Source: Deltaproteobacteria bacterium (GTDB lineage Bacteria > Myxococcota_A > UBA9160 > SMWR01). From it: DNA of 23,188 nt. Below, piece after piece: positions 18,802-23,188 of the stretch. Numbering within the stretch: position 1 is the stretch's first letter; each line of letters begins with the position of its first letter. The notes under the pieces are model-generated. The model had not been told where the DNA came from and did not search any database. It saw only the letters and a program-made list of their open reading frames with translations. The translations under genes and the position numbers were made by a program. The DNA lies in the NCBI GenBank assembly GCA_032128375.1, contig JAQBGU010000206.1, positions 1 through 23,188 on the forward strand, read 5' to 3'.

Positions 18802-19109
18802 TTTGGACCTGAATGTAACGATTCCAAGAGGTTAGATCGACCGATAGGCGCGATTGGCCGTACCACGACCGCACCACGGGCACGACGAGACGCGGATTGC
18901 CGGGCCGAGCAGTTGCCCCTGCGGTCGAAGTCCCAACTGCGGACGGCATCATTGCTCTGCCCGAATCGTGCCCTGCGTGCGACACTTCCTGCCACTGCCG
19001 TGAGGTTCTCGAATAACGCCCAGCGGCATAGTAGGGATGCACCCGTTCCCGGATGCAGCTGCTCGCCGAAATCAACATTCGGCTTGATCTTGTTCCGTTC
19101 TTCGGAAAG

Positions 19110-19330
19110 CTGCGCTGTCCGAAATTGAAGAAGCGGCACCGACTGCGGTTCATCGCCGAGACCGAGCATTCGGAAAAGCCGCTGATTCTGAACGATCTCC
19201 CCTCACAGCGCCGCTTCGCGTGTCTCACGGGCTGCGTTGGTGCCCCAACGAGAGGAGGCACCGACGGAACGTTACATCGGCATGGATGTGCATGCCGCAA
19301 GCTGCACACTGGCTGTGATTTCAGAGAAAG
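19110..19330 (+). mobile_element. IS110-family left-end remnant: structured non-coding region plus transposase N-terminal stub
   Basis: GAGGAGG RBS, then ACG at 19264 (where ATG is expected) and ERYIGMDVHAASCTLAVISEK, matching the DEDD RuvC-like first strand YxGxDVH. Similarity stops near 19330. The left boundary is approximate. Confidence 0.75.
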
Positions 19331-19759
19331 AGTGTTCGCATGCCATGCTTTGCATGGCCGCGGGGATGAGCATCCCTGTACTTCCTGGCCTACGGCTCAC
19401 AGTCTGGCGGTCCCAAGCATAAGCTATGCCTCGCAGAAGTTCCGAACGAAGCGATGGCCGACCGAGGTCCAGATGAAAGATGCTTCCCACGATCGCGTGG
19501 AGAACACATCTGCCAGCGAGTCGCGATGCTTCGACTTGAATCTTCAGACAAAGAGCCTCGTAGTTCCGCAGCTGCTCGAGCGGAGCCACGAGCACCACGT
19601 CTCAACTCGAGACCGCCCAGCCAGAACGGGAGCAGACGCCCGGATTGAAGAATCTGTGGCGAGTCGGGAAGTGCGTCTTGCACTCCGACCCTATGGACGG
19701 ACGTATTAGACGCGCGGCTGCCTTCGGTACGGGGAGTTGTCAATTGAGTGCGTTAGGGG

Positions 19760-20079
19760 GGAGGCCCAGCCCGTTCCGGGCGCTCGGTCGCGCTGGCCCC
19801 CAGCGTCGCGATCGCACAATGCAGCCTGGGAATCGCGTATCTGCGGCCAGGCCGCGCGCAGCAGGCGCTCGGCCCGTTCGAAGCGGCCGTCCAGCTGCGG
19901 CCTGACTTCGCGCTGGCTACCGCGGTCAGGTCGACGCGTATCTTGCTCTCGGCGATTACGCGGCGGCCCGCGCGGCAGCCGAACGCGCGCTGCCCTTCGC
20001 CAGAGAGCCAGGCGATCCGGAACTCGTGCAGAAGCTCGAGAAGCAGCTCGAGCGCGTTCGCGATTCGTCTCAGCGCTGA
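19760..20079 (+). pseudogene. 5'-truncated, frameshifted TPR-repeat gene
   Basis: RSVALAPSVAIAQCSLGIAYLRPGRAQQALGPFEAAVQLRPDFALA, shift near 19917, then YRGQVDAYLALGDYAAARAAAERAL...DSSQR with TGA at 20077-20079. In-frame TAG at 19754 and no start codon. Confidence 0.75.
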
Positions 20080-20083
20080 GTGA

Positions 20084-21514
<1,431 letters not shown>

Positions 21515-21532
21515 CGAGCAGGGCGGTCTCGC

Positions 21533-21796
21533 TCAGTCGAACTCTGCGCCGAAATCGACGGATCGCTTTCCGACGGCGCTGAAGACCTGCCGCGGAACGC
21601 GGAATCGCGTGTACTCATCGTGCAGCTTCCGAAGCTCCAAGTGAGCGGCGTTGCCGGTGAGCGTCAGCTGCGCGGCGCGATCGAGCGGCGCGATCGAGCA
21701 GCGCGAGATCCTCTGGCGTCTCTGTCTCGGCGGGCTCGGCCATCATGCCCCAATCGTCCCAGAAGGAGCTCGCGTTTCGAGAGCGCTGCCACATCG
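21533..21796 (-). pseudogene. C-terminal remnant of a transglutaminase-like domain protein
   Basis: Reconstructed as DVAALSKRELL/WDDWGMMAEPAETETPEDLALLDRAAQLTLTGNAAHLELRKLHDEYTRFRVPRQVFSAV...FD*, after correcting one shift and a 13-bp duplication (GGCGCGATCGAGC twice, 21674-21699). Family assigned from a recalled DLAALNKxELLPWDxWG motif. Confidence 0.6.
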
Positions 21797-22030
21797 ACGG
21801 ACAACCGCGAGCTCTCGATCGCCGAGCAGGCCGTCACCACGGGCCTCCTGCTCGGCGTGCTCGCGACCACGCTGCTCCTGCTGCCGCAGGCCGACCGCGT
21901 GTTCCGGCTGATCGGCAATGCGGGCGCAGCCCTGCTGGTTCGGGTCCCGGGCATCGTGCTCGCGGCGCTCGCCGTCGAGAAGATCCTCGAAGCGGGCAGC
22001 GAGATCGTGAAGGGAATGGGCGCCGGTTAG
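21797..22030 (+). pseudogene. C-terminal remnant of a MarC family membrane protein
   Basis: TDNRELSIAEQAVTTGLLLGVLATTLLLL...RLIGNAGAALLVRVPGIVLAALAVEKILEAG resembles the last two MarC helices. The upstream in-frame sequence is unrelated. Confidence 0.72.
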
Positions 22031-22083
22031 CGCGCGTGGCCGCGGCCCGCGTCTGGTAGCCTACATCAACAGGAGGACGACAC

Positions 22084-22788
22084 ATGCGACGATTCGGGTG
22101 GACGGTAGCGCTGCTCTTGATTCCCATTGCGGCGCCCGCGCAGGACGCCGCGCCCACGCGAGCGCAGCGTGTGCTGACCCAGCAGGAGCAGGCCGCCCTG
22201 ACGCCGGACGACGTCCTGCGCGCGCTGAGGCAGGGCAACCAGCGCTTCACCACGGTGGGAGTTACACGGCGCGACCACTTGGCGCAGGTCCGGGACGCGG
22301 CAGGGGGGCAACATCCCGAGGCGATGATCCTGTCGTGCATCGATTCGCGCATTCCCGTGGAGGATGTCTTCGACCGCGGGATCGGCGACGTCTTCGTAGC
22401 GCGCGTGGCGGGGAATTTCGAGAACACCGACATCCTGGGCAGCATGGAGTACGCCACCAAGGTGTCGGGCGCGAAGCTCGTTCTGGTCCTGGGGCACGAA
22501 GACTGCGGTGCGATCAAGGCGGCCATCGATGGGGCGAAGCTCGGCAATATCACCGCGATGCTCGCGAACATCCAGCCGGCGGTCGCGGCGCTCGCGGACT
22601 ATGAAGGCGACCGCACCAGCGCGAATCCCGACTTCGTGCAAGCGGTCGCGGTGAAGAACGTGCAGCTGACGATCGACCGCGTTCGCCAGCTCAGTCCGAT
22701 CCTGAGAAAGATGGAAGAACAGGGCCAGATCAAGATCGCCGGCGCCTTCTACGAGATGAAGACCGGGAAAGTCGCATTCATCGAGTGA
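22084..22788 (+). CDS. Beta-class carbonic anhydrase with signal peptide
   Basis: AGGAGG RBS, LRQGNQRF, LSCIDSRIP, VARVAGN, GSMEYA, LGHEDCGAI (Zn ligands C, H, C). Leader MRRFGWTVALLLIPIAAPA. Confidence 0.95.
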   Translation: MRRFGWTVALLLIPIAAPAQDAAPTRAQRVLTQQEQAALTPDDVLRALRQGNQRFTTVGVTRRDHLAQVRDAAGGQHPEAMILSCIDSRIPVEDVFDRGIGDVFVARVAGNFENTDILGSMEYATKVSGAKLVLVLGHEDCGAIKAAIDGAKLGNITAMLANIQPAVAALADYEGDRTSANPDFVQAVAVKNVQLTIDRVRQLSPILRKMEEQGQIKIAGAFYEMKTGKVAFIE

Positions 22789-22791
22789 AAG

Positions 22792-22816
22792 CGATCGGCC
22801 GCTAAGCGGCCGATCG
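22792..22816. terminator. Strong hairpin after the carbonic anhydrase gene
   Basis: CGATCGGCCGC-TAA-GCGGCCGATCG, an 11-bp perfect stem 3 bp after the stop. Short T-run only on the minus strand. Confidence 0.6.
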
Positions 22817-23069
22817 GCAACGTACACCCTGACGATTGCCCGGCGGGCATCGTTGGTTTCAAGCGCGTCGCTCTCGAGTCTCTGACTTTCATTTCTCTCT
22901 TCCGGATTCCGGGCTTTCGAGCCTGCAGCAAGCACCTATCGGGAATTTTGGTCGGAGCCTTGTTGTCACTTCGTGTCCCAGAAACTCATTTGTTCCCTCC
23001 AGGGCAATGTCTTCGGGCGGCACTCGAAGCTTCGTCGACAACTTCAAGATCTCATCTCGCCCGGCCGGT

Positions 23070-23188
23070 GATACTCTATTCGCCGTCAAGCGCCTAACAC
23101 ATAAAATTTCTCCCCTTCGAAGTCTCGATCGTGTTTCATCATTCCGTAGATGGCGTGTAGGAGCTTTCGCATCACGGCAACGTTCGCC
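23070..23188 (-). mobile_element. Right end of an IS110-family element (transposase C-terminus 23086-23187, partial)
   Basis: Minus strand encodes ANVAVMRKLLHAIYGMMKHDRDFEGEKFYVLGA*. The stop overlaps TTGACG (-35-like) and is followed by a short tail ending GAGTATC, as in IS110 right ends. Not in the ORF track. Confidence 0.85.

Noticed and set aside
18440..19150. Full-length or permuted two-piece tmRNA gene
   Set aside because: No 5' acceptor strand (GGGGGCG...GAC) or tag reading frame was found on either side of the 3' fragment.

Overview
High-GC bacterial DNA (roughly two-thirds GC by eye). The gene repertoire suggests a Myxococcota/deltaproteobacteria-like organism, which is an inference. 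Left part (1-5612): a cell-envelope/signalling module made of the 3' end of a dockerin-like gene, a PDZ-multiTM-GAF histidine kinase divergently paired with an Lnt-family N-acyltransferase, and a PEP-CTERM beta-propeller gene behind a near-consensus sigma54 promoter. Middle part: ABC-F ATPase, aldo/keto reductase, nitroreductase, a broken DZR-adenylate cyclase, a VOC protein, a frameshifted acyl-CoA dehydrogenase, a carotenoid oxygenase, a secreted hypothetical protein, a HEAT-repeat gene with a second sigma54 site, FAH hydrolase, rhodanese and a small putative lipoprotein. 18440-20080 is a recombination scar zone with an orphan 3' tmRNA fragment and att-like flanks, an IS110 left end whose structured non-coding region precedes a 22-codon transposase stub, and a 5'-truncated TPR gene. 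Right part: argG, two divergent genes that both lost their 5' halves at one junction (transglutaminase-like and MarC), a secreted beta-carbonic anhydrase, and the 3' end of a second IS110 transposase at the window edge. All family calls come from motif recognition, not database searches.
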